Below are positions 37,271 to 50,332 of a stretch of DNA of 64,000 nucleotides, in pieces. The notes under the pieces were generated by a model. It was not told where the DNA came from, did not search any database, and saw only the letters and a list, made by a program, of their open reading frames with translations. This DNA is from Carcharhinus amblyrhynchos (Eukaryota), in the NCBI GenBank assembly GCA_965287045.1, contig OZ336890.1:32674001-32738000 (forward strand), given 5' to 3'. A program made the position numbers and the translations under genes. The stretch's first letter is position 1. Each line of letters starts with the position of its first letter.

Positions 37271-39759
37271 ATTGTAATCTGATTTAATTGATTTCAAACT
37301 TCAAAGTCAATGCATAATCTAGGTGGAGACATCTGTGCTGTACGGAGGTTGATTCTCAGAGAAATCCCATGGCATCGCTCAAAGACTATCAACATTCCTC
37401 CCTCAATCAGCCCCGAGTCTGTACAGCCATTAACTGAATCACGGGTATAATCAGGTTAGCTAGTCAATTGCCTCAATATGTTTGTTGAATCTTGCCGTCC
37501 AAAAGCAATCACTAGTCAAATATTTTGCGATATCAAAGAGCAATATAAAAGCACAATGTAAATACAAGTTTCTTGCATTCTCTTTTGGCTGATTTAAGGC
37601 AATTTTGAGAAGTGTTTGTCTATAAAATCACCAGCTTTTTAAAACCTAAACTTTCAACTTCCAGCCACTGATTTAATTTTGTTTTGGCTTTCTTCAGCAT
37701 CAGACACACCCGGGAAGAAAAGTACACATTGGTCCTTCAGTTCCAAGCTGAACAGACAAACAGCATTTTGGCTCTCTTAACATCGCATTCCCTTCCAGAA
37801 CTGACAGGTGTGTCGAGGTTTGAAGTTACTTCCCATGGCATTTTCCAAAATTCCACATATGACCTCCAAAATATCCTCCCCTCCCACCAATCCCCCTCAC
37901 ACAATCCCCAATACTTCCCCAAAGCTCAGCGGTGCCAGAGAAAGCAGTTACATCACACAAAACTTAAATAAACCAAGATGAAGGATATCCAGCACTGAAG
38001 CGTGTTAAAAACGCATGTGTGCATGCACACATTGGATGGACAGCAGGGTAGCAATGTGACTAACTGAATTAGACTTGTATAACTGCAATGATAACTAGCT
38101 TATTGTAAATATCCTTGACCAAAACTAGGGGAGGTAGAGAGTGCACTTGATGTGGTTTTCACAGTATTGAAAAGATCTTGTAACTGAACCACATGTTGCC
38201 TGTAAACGCCTCATTAAACCAGCGTATTAAGCCCCATGAACCCTGATTACAAAAGCTACACTAACTGGGAAATGTGCATCACTGGGCAGTCAGCCCTTCC
38301 TGGATCTCAGCGCAGTTCCACCTGCTCTTGTTCTAATCACCGATGGCACTCAGAACATGGAGTTCAAACAGTGTGCTCTCTGCTGTGGGAGCAGCTGTCC
38401 CTGAGTAAGGTTCACTTACCAGTGTTGGTGAAATAGACAAAACAGTATTGGAGACAGAAAAAGGGTCTATTCAGAGAAGGACCTTTTCAAATCAAAAAAA
38501 ATTCTCATCTCACTATGAGAATGTGAACATATGAATATGTGAACAGGATGAGATCATTCAGCCCTTCACACATGTTCTGCCACTCAAAGCATGGCAGATC
38601 TATACTTGAATTTCATATTCTTCAATGCTATAACCTAATAAAAATTGATCAAGAATTTTGAAAATTTTCAATTGACACCGAACTTTTTGGGGACAAGTAT
38701 TCCAGATTACCACCATCCTTTGTGTGAAGTGTTTTCTGACATAACCTTCTGAACGCACTAGCTCTAACCTCAAGGTTCTGCCCCTACTAGAGGAAATAGT
38801 GCTTTTAGCTGCAGAAAATTTATTTTTTCAACTTTTAGATTTCAGTTAATTTCATTCTAATCTTTTATACTCAAAAAGGGAACACGAGCCTAGTCTAGGA
38901 AATTTGTCCTCTCAACTTAATTCTTATAGCTCCCACTGGTAAATCTGTGATGCACTCATTCAAAAGGTCAATTTCTCCTGCTTGAGACATAGACATAGCC
39001 CAGAACTGAACAGTTACTCCAGATGCCTTTGAAGCAGAGACTTGTACAACTATAAGTCACGCCCCATCTTTTGTAGCCATCAAGACAAAAGGCAACATTG
39101 AACTTAATTTTCTTAACGCTCATCCTAGTTTTCAAATCCTCCACAATCTTGTCCCTTTCCTATTGCTGTAATCTTTGCGAGCCCCACAGTCCTCCAAAAT
39201 ATGTACTGATGCTGGCTTCTTGACCATCATTAATTCTAATCTCCACTGCTGGCTGAGAGTTCAGGTACTTGGACTGCAAGCTCTGGAATTAGTTCCCTGA
39301 ATCTCTGTCCATTCTTTTCCTTTTAAGGTATTTATCAAAATGTACGTCTTTGACCAAGCTTTTGGTTATCTGATTTGATATCTCGTTAAGTGGGTCAGGA
39401 CACAGTTTTATAATGCTCCTGTGAAACAGCATGATAAGACATCCTAAGGTAAAGGCATGACATAAATATAAGTTGTTGCTATCGTCCACTAACTTTTAGC
39501 TGATTTCTGTAATTGGACCCCTGAATTTTTCTGTTCCTCATTGTTTTGTCATTTAGAAAATACTCTGATCTTTGAGTGTAAAGTGGGTGATCTCTCAGCC
39601 CCCACATTGAATTCCTTTTGTCTGCTCAATGATCCTTTGCAGCTTTCTGCAACTATATATCTACTCTGCCAATGTTTCAGCAAACAAATACAAATACTCT
39701 TTTTCCTTCATTTAAGTCATTGCATTCAAATGTACTTGCTTGGTCGTTCAGAATTTAAG

Positions 39760-40300
39760 TATTGCTGAAGAAAAAGACGTGTCAAAGCTTTTCAACGTTC
39801 ACTCATCAGGATAGATACAAGAGTGCTAAGTTTCTAATGGAGCAACAAATCATACTGCACAAGAAAAAAGGTGCTGGCTGACTGACTGGCAAGTCAACTG
39901 ATTGGTTGAGGCAGTTCCATGGAGAATGCCGCAGGGAACATCTATCCCCCATGTTTTCGTTTATTACAAAAAAGGTGCAATAACTTGGATATATTCCTTT
40001 TTCTTGGATTGAACAGGTCCTTCAATATGAATATATGTACTTACAGCAAACATAAGTGAGCCACATTGAGAGTCATACTAATAATGTGAAATTAGTGTTC
40101 GCATTATTCTGAGCACACTTGGGATTATTCAGCTAGTGCTGTCAAATTGTGGAATAACACGTTAGACATTATATTGAGTTTTGCAAACATGGGCTGATTG
40201 ACAATGTTCAGTACTCTGTCTACTGTGAACTAGCAAAGGGATGTACTGATTAGTATGACCGTTATGACTAACATCACCATAACTGCACTGAAATTTATAT
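39760..40300 (-). mobile_element. Penelope-like 3' remnant with hammerhead-like motif
   Basis: Minus strand gives NNPKCAQN...NVAHLCLL and cCTGATGAgtgaacgttGAAAagctttgac (39810-39781). Confidence 0.6.
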
Positions 40301-42249
40301 ACCACACTGGATTTGATATACCACTATAATTTGTGCTAGGCATAACAGCTTTGTGGCTTGACAGCAGCATCTTATTTGATGAAAACACTGCCTATGTTGC
40401 TATTGCAAATTAGTAGGATGTAACAGCAGGCTTCACCTGTTGCTCAAATTTTGAGATATTTTACCCTTCCAAGGTACCTTGAAATAGACTGAGCAATTTT
40501 CAGGTCCAAACATGGCAGTCATATACATGGATGATATGTTTGCTACATTTCAATTTATATGCAAAAATTTCCATACATGCCTTGATGTACTCCATCCTTT
40601 GGATCAATTTAAAACAACTGCCATTTTCTTATTTTCAACTAGTTTCAGTGTCCACCTTACCCTTAGCTACACTTTTCCTCAGCTTCATTGTAGGGCAATC
40701 CCCAACAACCTCTGCATGCTGTTTTTTATATTTACTTTCTGCTGCTCTCATCACATTCTGTGTATCCTTTTACTTTTAAAAAATCTCTCCGTCAATGGGA
40801 TTTCACTAAAATTGACCTTAGTGTCAGGGGGATTAGCAGGGTAAATGTGTAGGGTTACAGGAATAGCGCTTGGGTAAGATTGTGGTTGGTACAGACCTAA
40901 TGGGCCAAATGGCCTTCTTCTGTAATGTAGGGACTTCTGATTCTATGATAACAGCATAGAGGAAGAACACTCAGTCCATTATGCTTGTGCCAGCTCTTCA
41001 GAAAAGCTATTGAATTAGTCAACACCCTTTCTCCATAGCCCTGTTTTATTTTATTTTGGAGTATTTATCCAACTCTCTTTTCAAAATTATTGAACCAGTT
41101 TTCACCAATGCACTCCAGACCTTAACTCACCACATACAAACTTCTCTTCCAGCAATTACTTTAAATCAGTCTCCTGGTTACTGAGCCTTTACCATTGGAA
41201 ACAGTTTCTCTCTACTCCATGAAAATCCTTGATGATTTTGAACATCTCTATTAAACATCCCCTTAATCTAATCTGCTGGAAGGCGAATATGTCAGTTTCT
41301 CTGCATTCTCCGTGTAACTGAAGTACTTGAATCTTCTATTCTGGCCACCAAGCCATTGGTGTTCATCCACATTTAGCTCATCTAATTGATTTTGTGACCA
41401 AGAATTAGTTCCAGAAACACCTCTGCCCTGTTGGCTTACATTGCTCGAGAAAAAAAATCTCAGACATTCTAAGAATTGCTGTCCATTTTCCCCCATTTAC
41501 TCAACAAATGGATGATAAATTTCCCAGAACAACTGTTATTCCTAATCATCTCTCTAATCTGACTGCAGATTCATCTACTATTCCTTCACCACAATTTAGA
41601 GATGTGTTATACATCCCTACTAATAAATCAAGCTCTTTTTTACCTTTGAATTCCAACTAAATGGAATTCTTTTCTTCCATTCCTCATCACCACTGTCCTA
41701 CGTGTTTTTTCCTACCAAGATTACCGCTCCATCTCCTTTTTCATCTTTTCTTTCAGCTTTGTCAGTACAGTACTAGCAAATCCAGATTTCTTGAAAAATA
41801 TCTGCTTCCCGTTCCCCAGTTTATTCCCCACACTTTTATCCTCCTTTTAAGTTATTACTATTTTCTCTGCTTTTATCATCAGATATCCCAAAGTGGGTAA
41901 ATAAAACATTGAATATCCCGAGGCCCTCTGAATAACTGTTGCCTATACTTGCTGTAGATATTGACTATCCTGTTGTTTTCTTGTGCGTAATGTTGCAGTA
42001 ATTTGTTTTTTAAGCTCCCTATAAAGATACTATGCTAAATCATGTTATGAAAATTATTGCCAGTTCTAAGGAGATACTGGACAATCAGTTGCAATACGGT
42101 TCCTGCCTTATGGTTACTGCAACAGCCATCAGCAGATGCCCGAATAACAATCACAGTACAACAGAGTCAGGGGGAGGGAAATCAGTAGACTGATTCTCCA
42201 AGGGTCTGGACAATTCTTTAAACAAACAGGAAAGAAGCAAAGGTTCACC

Positions 42250-42700
42250 ATACTGGTTCCCAGGATAGCAAAACAGTCTTATGAAGAGAGACTGGGGAAA
42301 CTGAGTCTGTGTTCTCTAGTTTTGAAGAATGAGAGGTGACCTCATTGAAACATATAAGATACCTGAAGGGATAGACAGGACATGCAGTAAAGTGTTCCCC
42401 AATTGAGGAATCCAGAACCAGATGACACATTTGCAAAATAAGGGGGAACAACTTAAGAATAAGGTGAGGAAAAAATGTTTCCCTCAGGATTGTGAATCTT
42501 TGAAACACTCTCCTGTGGAAGCTCAGTCACTGACTATGTTTAAAGTACAGACTGACAGATTTCTAAATGTCAATGACATAAAGGGATATGGGGTCAGTGT
42601 GGGAAAAGGACATTGAAGTGAATGATCAGCCATGATCATACTGAATGGCAGAGCAGACTTGATGGGCTGAATGGCCTGCTCCTGCTTCTATGTTCCTATG
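42250..42700 (+). mobile_element. CR1 LINE 3' end
   Basis: gaagaatgagaggtgacctcattgaaacatataag (RMRGDLIETYK) and tail gaatggcctgctcctgcttctatgttcctatgt. Confidence 0.85.
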
Positions 42701-44379
42701 TCCCAACTGTGACCAAAGTGGGGGCAGGGTGGGGAGAACAAGACTTTTCTAGATATCGCAGTCGAATTGTCTCCAGATGAGCTGCAAGCCCCATGCACCA
42801 CTGTCTGCCTCCACTGCTTTACAAATTATTCCATCTTCTTCAAACATTGCACCGCAGCTGATGGGTTCCAGGTACCATCCATTTTCTCTATCCTATGCTC
42901 ACTGAGGCTGAGCTGATTTGAGAATGGATGCCACTACTTTTGCCTCCTCATTGGCATATATCTTTAAACCTTTTTGAAGAACCTTGAGAAGTCTAGTATA
43001 GAACGTCATTCAAAATCAAACTATTGTGTCAAAGATAAGACCAGGGCTCCAATGCTATGAATATATTCAAAATAACCAGGATTAAGACCAAATTGTTTTC
43101 TCATCTGTATTGCCCAGGGGTAGAGTAAGTTTTGAATTCTAGAATCCAAATTGGTCAAGCTGGAGGCTAATGCCAATGATTATTCCTTCAATAACAGTAT
43201 TCATCTTCAGAAGTTTTTCACCATCATATTTTAAATAGAAGCACAATTTTTTTTCCTCTACATTTACTGTCCACTGTTCCCAGCGGTTCAGGGGAGTTTC
43301 TTAATTTCCCCCCCTTTACTTTAAATATTCATCAGTTTATGTAATTCATTTGGCAGAGGATGTAAAGGAACATGCAAAAGCAAAGATCAGAACGGATTTG
43401 GCTGTCTAAATAGTCCCAAAAGTTAATGCCATTGAATCGCCCACTCTGTCAAATCTGCATCCAAATGTTCTGCGAAGCTTTCCACACAATTCCCCTCCAT
43501 AAATCAGTCTATACAGCATATTCCCCAGTTGCTGTGCATTCTGATTGGGTCTACCGTTCTCAACAAGGTTCCATTCATTCATCTCCAATAGAATCTGGAT
43601 TCTTTCCACTGAACGTTGTCTTTCAGAATCCAAGAAATCTAGGTTGTTCAACTCTTTGATAAACATAAAATTGGAAGAGAGATATTGATAGATTAGGCAA
43701 ATGACCAGACTGTGGAAACTGGATTCCAATGTAGGCAAACATGACATGATCCACTTTGAATTTAAGAGGATTAAAAAAATGGTTATTTTTAAAGTAGTGA
43801 GAAGCTAAAAATAGTGGAGGCCCAAAGAGATTCTGGTGGGGTGGGATCCAAATACATTGATCATTAAAATTACACAGGTCATTAAAATGCTATGAATATG
43901 GACAGGAAATAACAAAAAAGGGGAATGGGATGCTACCTTTTACATCTCAAAGAATAGAAGTCATGCTTGCTACATAAAGGCACAGTTATATCATATCTGG
44001 AGTACATAATTCATGCAGTTCTGGGCATCACACAGTGAATACCTGAGGCCTACAGTCACTAATTCTTGTTATTTTGCATTCTGTTTCTGTTTTGCTCTTG
44101 ATTTTAAGTCCCAGTGAATATTTGGAGCTATTCTGTATTAAATCTTACTTGGTAGAGATTGATCTTAATCCAGTTATGATTGTTCTTCGATTAATCAAAT
44201 CAATAATCAGCAGTGACTGGTTTTTCCAAGCTATCTTTTTTTTAATACTGGCCATGCTCTGTTGGTATTTAGACTACATCTTTGTTTTCAGTTTTTCAAG
44301 TTAGAATACAAATCAAAGTTGTCTTTTGTTTATCAAAAATCACCTTCCACTGCATTCAGTGACCCTTAGACTATAGTTT

Positions 44380-44655
44380 AAAGTTCATTTATTAGTCACA
44401 AGTAAGACTTACAATAACACTGCAATGAAGTTACTGTGAAATTCCCCTAGATGCCACAGTCCAGCATCTGTTCAGGTCAATGCATCTAACCAGCGTATCT
44501 TTCAGAATGTGGGAGGAAACCGGAGCGCCCAGAGGAAACCCACATGGACACAGAGAGAACGTGCAAACTCCACACAGACAGTGACCTAAGCTGGGAATTG
44601 AACCTTGGTCCCTGGTGCTGCAAAGATGCAGTGCTAACGACTGTGTTACCGTACC
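44380..44655 (-). mobile_element. V-SINE with an alternative (non-CR1) tail
   Basis: V core as in HE1 copies but a different tail, aaagttcatttattagtcacaagtaagacttacaataacactgcaatgaagttactgtg. Confidence 0.85.
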
Positions 44656-45459
44656 ACCTTGGCTGGGGGTGGATTAACCTAATGGGATGAGCACAGAATA
44701 ATGAAGCATCAGAAGATGAAGTTTGATTGATGGACATAACACTTGAAGGATGGTAGCCGGGAAGACACCATCAAATAACCATCAACAACCTGAAAATGGC
44801 AAAGTCTGATGGCTTTGCAGTGCATATAGGAGAAGCAATAAGAATTGAGACTGTACTGGACCTACAAAGGCTGGAATGGAGCCAGAAGTGTGGCTGAAAA
44901 AAAACATTGTTTCAAGGATTAACCGCTGCAACTGTAGTGGAAGAGAATTATAGAATTCCTGCATCTGATTTCTCTTGATCCTTTGAATAATTTAGAATTC
45001 CTGCATAGTCACATCTGACAGCAGCAGGAAGGGCCAAATAGGAGTGACTGGCCATGGTGTTCACTTGTAAAGTTACAAAGTTACTCGGTAATGGATGCAC
45101 CAAGGGTATGGTAATATAGGTATGGATTTTAGGGAGCTGTCAAATTGGAGTTATTACTTGTACTTAAACAAAAATCTGCTTTTCTTCTGATATAGAAATA
45201 CATATAATATACACATACAAACATAGTGCTTTCTCCTTTCAATGAAGTTATTTTTTACTTTTTATATCAAATAATTGATATATCATTACTACTGCTATTA
45301 TAAATATTCAACAAAATTGTTTTTTTTTAATTCATTACATATCATGGTCACTCATTCTTTTTACGTCCAGAGTACGCTCCAAACCCAAGTATGACACCAA
45401 AAGGAACCCATGCCCCTCCTTACAAAGGATATATTGGCCTGGGAGGGAGTGTGTTTTTT

Positions 45460-45757
45460 TTAAAGTTTATTTATTGTCACAAGTAGGCTTACATTAACAG
45501 TGCTTTAAAGTTACTATGAAAATCCCCTAGCTGCCACGCTCCAATGCCTGTTCGGGTACATGGAGGGAAAATTTAGCATGGTCAATGCATCTAACCAGCA
45601 CATCTTTTGAACTGTGAGAAGAAACACGAGCACCTAGAGGAAACCCACGCAGACACACGGAGAATGTGCAGACTCCACACAGACAGTGACCCAAGCTGGG
45701 AATCAAATCTGGCGCTGTGAGGGAGCAGTGCTAACCAGCGTGCCACTGTGCTGCCCT
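45460..45757 (-). mobile_element. V-SINE with the alternative tail, second copy
   Basis: aaagtttatttattgtcacaagtaggcttacattaacagtgc tail plus V core; a tail-only fragment lies at ~32605-32670. Confidence 0.85.
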
Positions 45758-45956
45758 GGTGCAGTTTCACTGGAATAATTCCACAACTTCAAGGGTTAAA
45801 CTTGTAGGACAGATCAAATACATTATTCATTCACAGCATTTGGGCATTGTTGGCCAGGCCAGCAATTACTACCCATTGCTAATTGCCTTAAAGAAGGTGG
45901 TGGTGAACTGCCTTCTTGAATCGCTGCAGTCTACGTGGTGAAGATACACCCACAAT

Positions 45957-47146
45957 AGAACATAAGAACATAAGAAATAGGAGCAGGAGTAGGCCATCCA
46001 GCCCTTCGAGCCTGCCCCGCCATTCAATAAGATCATGGCTAATCTGTCGCTGCTCAGTTCCACTTTCCCGCCCTCTCCCCATAACCTTTAATCCCCTCTC
46101 CTATCAAAAACCCATCAACCCGCGTCTTAAGAATATTTAGCGAGGCAGCCTCCACCACTTCAACGGGCAGAGAATTCCAGAGATTCACCGCCCTTTGAGT
46201 GAAGAAGTTCCTCCTCAACTCCGTTCTAAACCACCCCCCTTTTATCTTGAGGCTGTGCCCCCTAGTCCTATTGTCTTTTTTGAGCGGGAAGAGTCTTTCC
46301 ACCTCTATCCTATCCATCCCATTCATCATCTTATACGTCTCAATGAGATCTCCTCTCATTCTTCTAAACTCTAACGAGTACAAGCCCAGTTTATTCAGCC
46401 TCTCCTCATAGCTCAACCCCCTCAACTCCGGTATCAGCCTAGTAAACCTCCTCTGCACTCCCTCCAAGGCCAAAATATCTTTGCGCAGGTGCGGCGCCCA
46501 AAAATGCACACAGTACTCCAGTTGCGGCCTCACCAATGCCCTATACAGCTGCAGCAAGACCTCCCTACTTTTATATTCAATCCCCTTCGCTATGAAGGCC
46601 AGCATCCCATTCGCCTTCCTGACCACCTGCTGCACCTGCAAGCTGGGTTTTTGCGACTCATGCACAAGGACCCCGAGGTCCCTCTGCACCGTCGCCTGCT
46701 GCAGTTTTTCGCCTCGTAAGTAATAGTCCTTCCTACCATTTTTCCTACCAAAGTGGACCACCTCACACTTGCCAACATTAAATTCCATTTGCCATTTCCT
46801 GGCCCATTCGCCCAGCCTATCTAGATCCTTCTGCAGACTCTCCACACCCTCCGCACAATTTACCGTTCCACCAATCTTGGTGTCATCAGCAAATTTCGAC
46901 ACTCTACACTCGGTTCCCTCCTCCAGATCATCTATATAAATGGTAAAAAGCTGAGGCCCCAGCACCGACCCCTGGGGCACTCCACTAGTCACCATCCGCC
47001 AATCCGAATAGCACCCGTTGACCCCCACTCTCTGCCTCCTATTTGACAACCAATCTTCTATCCACGCTAACACCCTACCCCCAACTCCATGTCCCTCGAC
47101 CTTCTGCAATAACCTCTTGTGAGGCACTTTGTCAAACGCTTTCTGA
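45957..47146 (-). mobile_element. Young 5'-truncated CR1 LINE with an uninterrupted RT C-terminal ORF
   Basis: 357-aa stop-free ORF (GVPQGSVLGP, SKFADDTK, RRMRGDLIETYK), intact 3' UTR, (CTTATGTT)n tail and many retained CpGs. Confidence 0.96.
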
Positions 47147-49597
47147 AATGCTGCTTAAGAGGAGAGTTCTAGGATATTAATCCAGCAACAGTGAAGGAAT
47201 GATATAGTTCCAAGTCAGGATGGTGAGTGGCTTGGAAGGGAATTTCAGGTGTCAGTATTCCGAAGCATCGGCTGCTCTTATCCTTCTCGGTGGTAGAGGT
47301 TGTGGATTTGGAAGTGTTTGAAATTGTATTTCTTGACATTTAGATGGTTAAGTGATAATTTTATTGATGTTTTCATGGTATCATGGGGAACAGAGACAAT
47401 AGATTGAAAGAAGAACTATTTCTATTGGTGGGGAGTTCAAAATGAGGGAGCAGAGTCAAAAATATTAGAGCCATACCTTTTAGGAGTAAATGAAGCAATC
47501 ATTTCATGCATGGTTAGTGGAAGTTTGACTCTCTTCTGCAAAAAGCAACTGATGCTAGATCAATCATTAATTTTAATACTCAGATTAATAATTTATTAGC
47601 CAGAGGTATTGTGCTATTTGGAGTAAAGGGAGGTGTGTGGATTGGTGTTGCAGATCCAAGAACACTAAAGAAGCTGAACACCATCCAAGACGTAGCAGTC
47701 TACTTGATTGACATATCATCCATCACCCTAAACATTCACTCCCTCCAACAACAGCGCACAGTGGGGCAGTGCCTTCCATCTATAAAGTGAACAGCAGCAA
47801 CTCACCAAGGATCCTGCTTCCATACATGTGATATATATACCATTGCAAAGGACAAAGGCAGCAGATACATGAGAACACAATCACCTGGAAATTCCCCTCC
47901 AATCCACACACCATACGAATATGGAAATATATCAAGGTTTCTTCACTGTTGGTGAAACAAAATCCTGGTACAACCTCCCATCCAATAATGTGGAAACACT
48001 TGCATCAAAATGGACACCAATAATTTGAGGAGATAGCTTATTCCCACCTTCACAAGGTGGATTTGGAATGGACAACAAATACTGGCCTTGCCAGCCACAC
48101 CCACATCCCATGAACAAAAGTCTAATTGGCTCAAGGGCTTATGTTGTTTGTTCCTAGTTCCAATGCTGCTTCACTGTCACTGGGTCAAAGTCGTGGAGCT
48201 CTCCCCCAAGCAGCACCACATGGACTGCAGGGGTTTGAGAGGGCCGCTCACCACCACCTTCGAGGGCCATGAGGGATGGGCAGTGAAATCCACATTCTGT
48301 AAATGAACAAAAAAACTAACATCCAGAGTAAATGCATTCCAAATAGCGTCAGATTGACAATGCATAGTTACTGGGAAGGTTTGGGTGGGCAGTCTGTTTA
48401 AAATAACCCTTCCAACTGAGGTGACATTAGCATTGCCACCTTAATACAGCAAGACTGTCAACCTTCTAGTTTTTCCCACAGAGAACCCGTCTTCCTTATT
48501 GTTTATGTCTAGCTCAATATCTATCCCCCACATCACCACCACTAACACATTGTACATACTGTAGGTGCAATCTACAGAATGCATGGCGGCAATTCATCAG
48601 TGCCATTCAGACAGCAGCCCCATCACCTATATCATACCTTTACCAAGAAGTACATAGCCACATATCGGAGAGGGAAAAATCTTCAACTTCCTCTCCTAAT
48701 TATGCAATATTCTCTAATAGGCATATAATCATGCCTTCATCATCATTGGTCAGAATCCTGGAATTCTCCACCTAATAGCACCATGAGAATTCCTTTAACA
48801 CACACTGCCCTGATAAGAAAACACACCACCACTTTTTTTTTTAGGAACTCAGGATGGCTAATAAATACAGCTGCACACTATGGGACCATCCAGATACACC
48901 TCCAACACAACAAGCTTTTTAAAAAAAATGTGGACAATAAGACCACACAGAAATAAATGATCTCTGTGTGGGGGCGATGGATGATCAGTTTTGTACAGGA
49001 ATACTAGGAACTCCATGAACAAAAATACAGACCTGGGAGTTGCTGATTGGAAAGGCAAACTATGCTAATAACGATAGCACACCAAGGCTTGATTCATTAG
49101 GCAAATGAACAGGGAGATATATTCCTTTGCTATGATTGAAAAATAGGCAAGGCTTTATGTGAAATGATTTGATTTGAATAGAAATAAACCTATCGGTGAA
49201 AATATAGTGCAGAGAGAACAAGCAGAGGCAGGTAATGAAGGCAACTCACTCAGTGACAGTGAACCTTTACTGACTGAATTACTTTTACTTAAGGGACAAA
49301 ATTAGATTGGTCTTACATTTCATTTCAACGGGGATCGCGTCGATGCATGTTATTGTCAAATGTATTAGAACATAAAACTTCTGCCATGATATGACGAAAG
49401 TCACAAATCACACAGATTGGGCACTTTTCTATTTGCTGATAAACAGCTCTACAGATAGCAAAGTTCAAAATCATGTCTAATCCATCTGCAGAAGATTAAA
49501 CAAAACTGCACCAATGATAGGCAGCAACATAAAATTCTTTCATACATCACTTCATCATCAGCCTCAAGCTCTTACTTGAGTCCTTCAGGACTCAGAG

Positions 49598-49697
49598 GAG
49601 TTGGATCTCTTTCATGGAGATTCTGACATGTTGAATTTCATCATGGCAATTTCAGTGGTGATGTGTTGAATCTTTTCATAGATTCCAGCGATGAGGA
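49598..49697 (-). repeat. Inverted copy of 50793-50892
   Basis: Manual reverse-complement alignment gives 100 bp, 5 mismatches and no gaps. Confidence 0.93.
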
Positions 49698-50332
49698 CTC
49701 TGTTGACTGGGCATCAACATTTTCAAAAGCAGATTCAACTTCAGCTAAGAGCTGGTAAATTTCAGAGAAAGAAAACATACAGTGATTGTCAACTCCATAA
49801 AGTGACCAAATGTAACAAATACATTTGGAAAAAATGTATTTGTAAGTGTTGGAAAAACTTCAGCAGCATCTTAAAATAGCTAATGTTTCAAGTCCAGTAT
49901 GACTTCTTCAGAACTCAGCTTTATCAGTCCATCTGCACACGAGATTTAACTTTAGGTGTCTCTGCGACTCCAGCCAATGTCCTGAGATTTTACTTTGACC
50001 AATCTCTGCGTCAGTTGGAGAAAAGCAACGCTTAGTCATCACTCAAATAACAGTTCCTCTTGCAACATTCTGAAACACCCTCACCATCTCATGTACATGT
50101 ACAATCTTTTGGTTATTTTACATAGATTGCAAAACTATTAGTTGATGATCATGGAAGACAGTCTTAAAAGTAGAATTTAGCATGCTATGTCACAAATATC
50201 CTGTGTAACTTGCAACATGCAGCAGAAAATGCTCCTTATATAACTGTGATAGCGTTTTCTCTTCACAATCAACCAGATTTTTACCAGAAGACAGTCAACT
50301 TCAAGGCCTTATTTGGCAATGAAAAAGTAACA

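Noticed and set aside
38420-38466. Possible 47-nt TMEM104 exon on the minus strand (aatag|ACCC...CACTG|gtaagtg)
   Set aside because: The donor is good, but the length is not a multiple of three and the translation does not match the expected preceding TMEM104 sequence (recalled as ...KTKYLQILTSLMRW). At most a cryptic exon.
46054-47127. 357-aa RT ORF as a host gene or novel RT system
   Set aside because: It is a 5'-truncated CR1 ORF2 with a typical 3' UTR and tail, no ATG start or promoter, and no endonuclease domain.
50080-50100. ATGAGATGG (MRW) on the minus strand as the penultimate TMEM104 exon
   Set aside because: The upstream codons do not resemble TMEM104; chance match.
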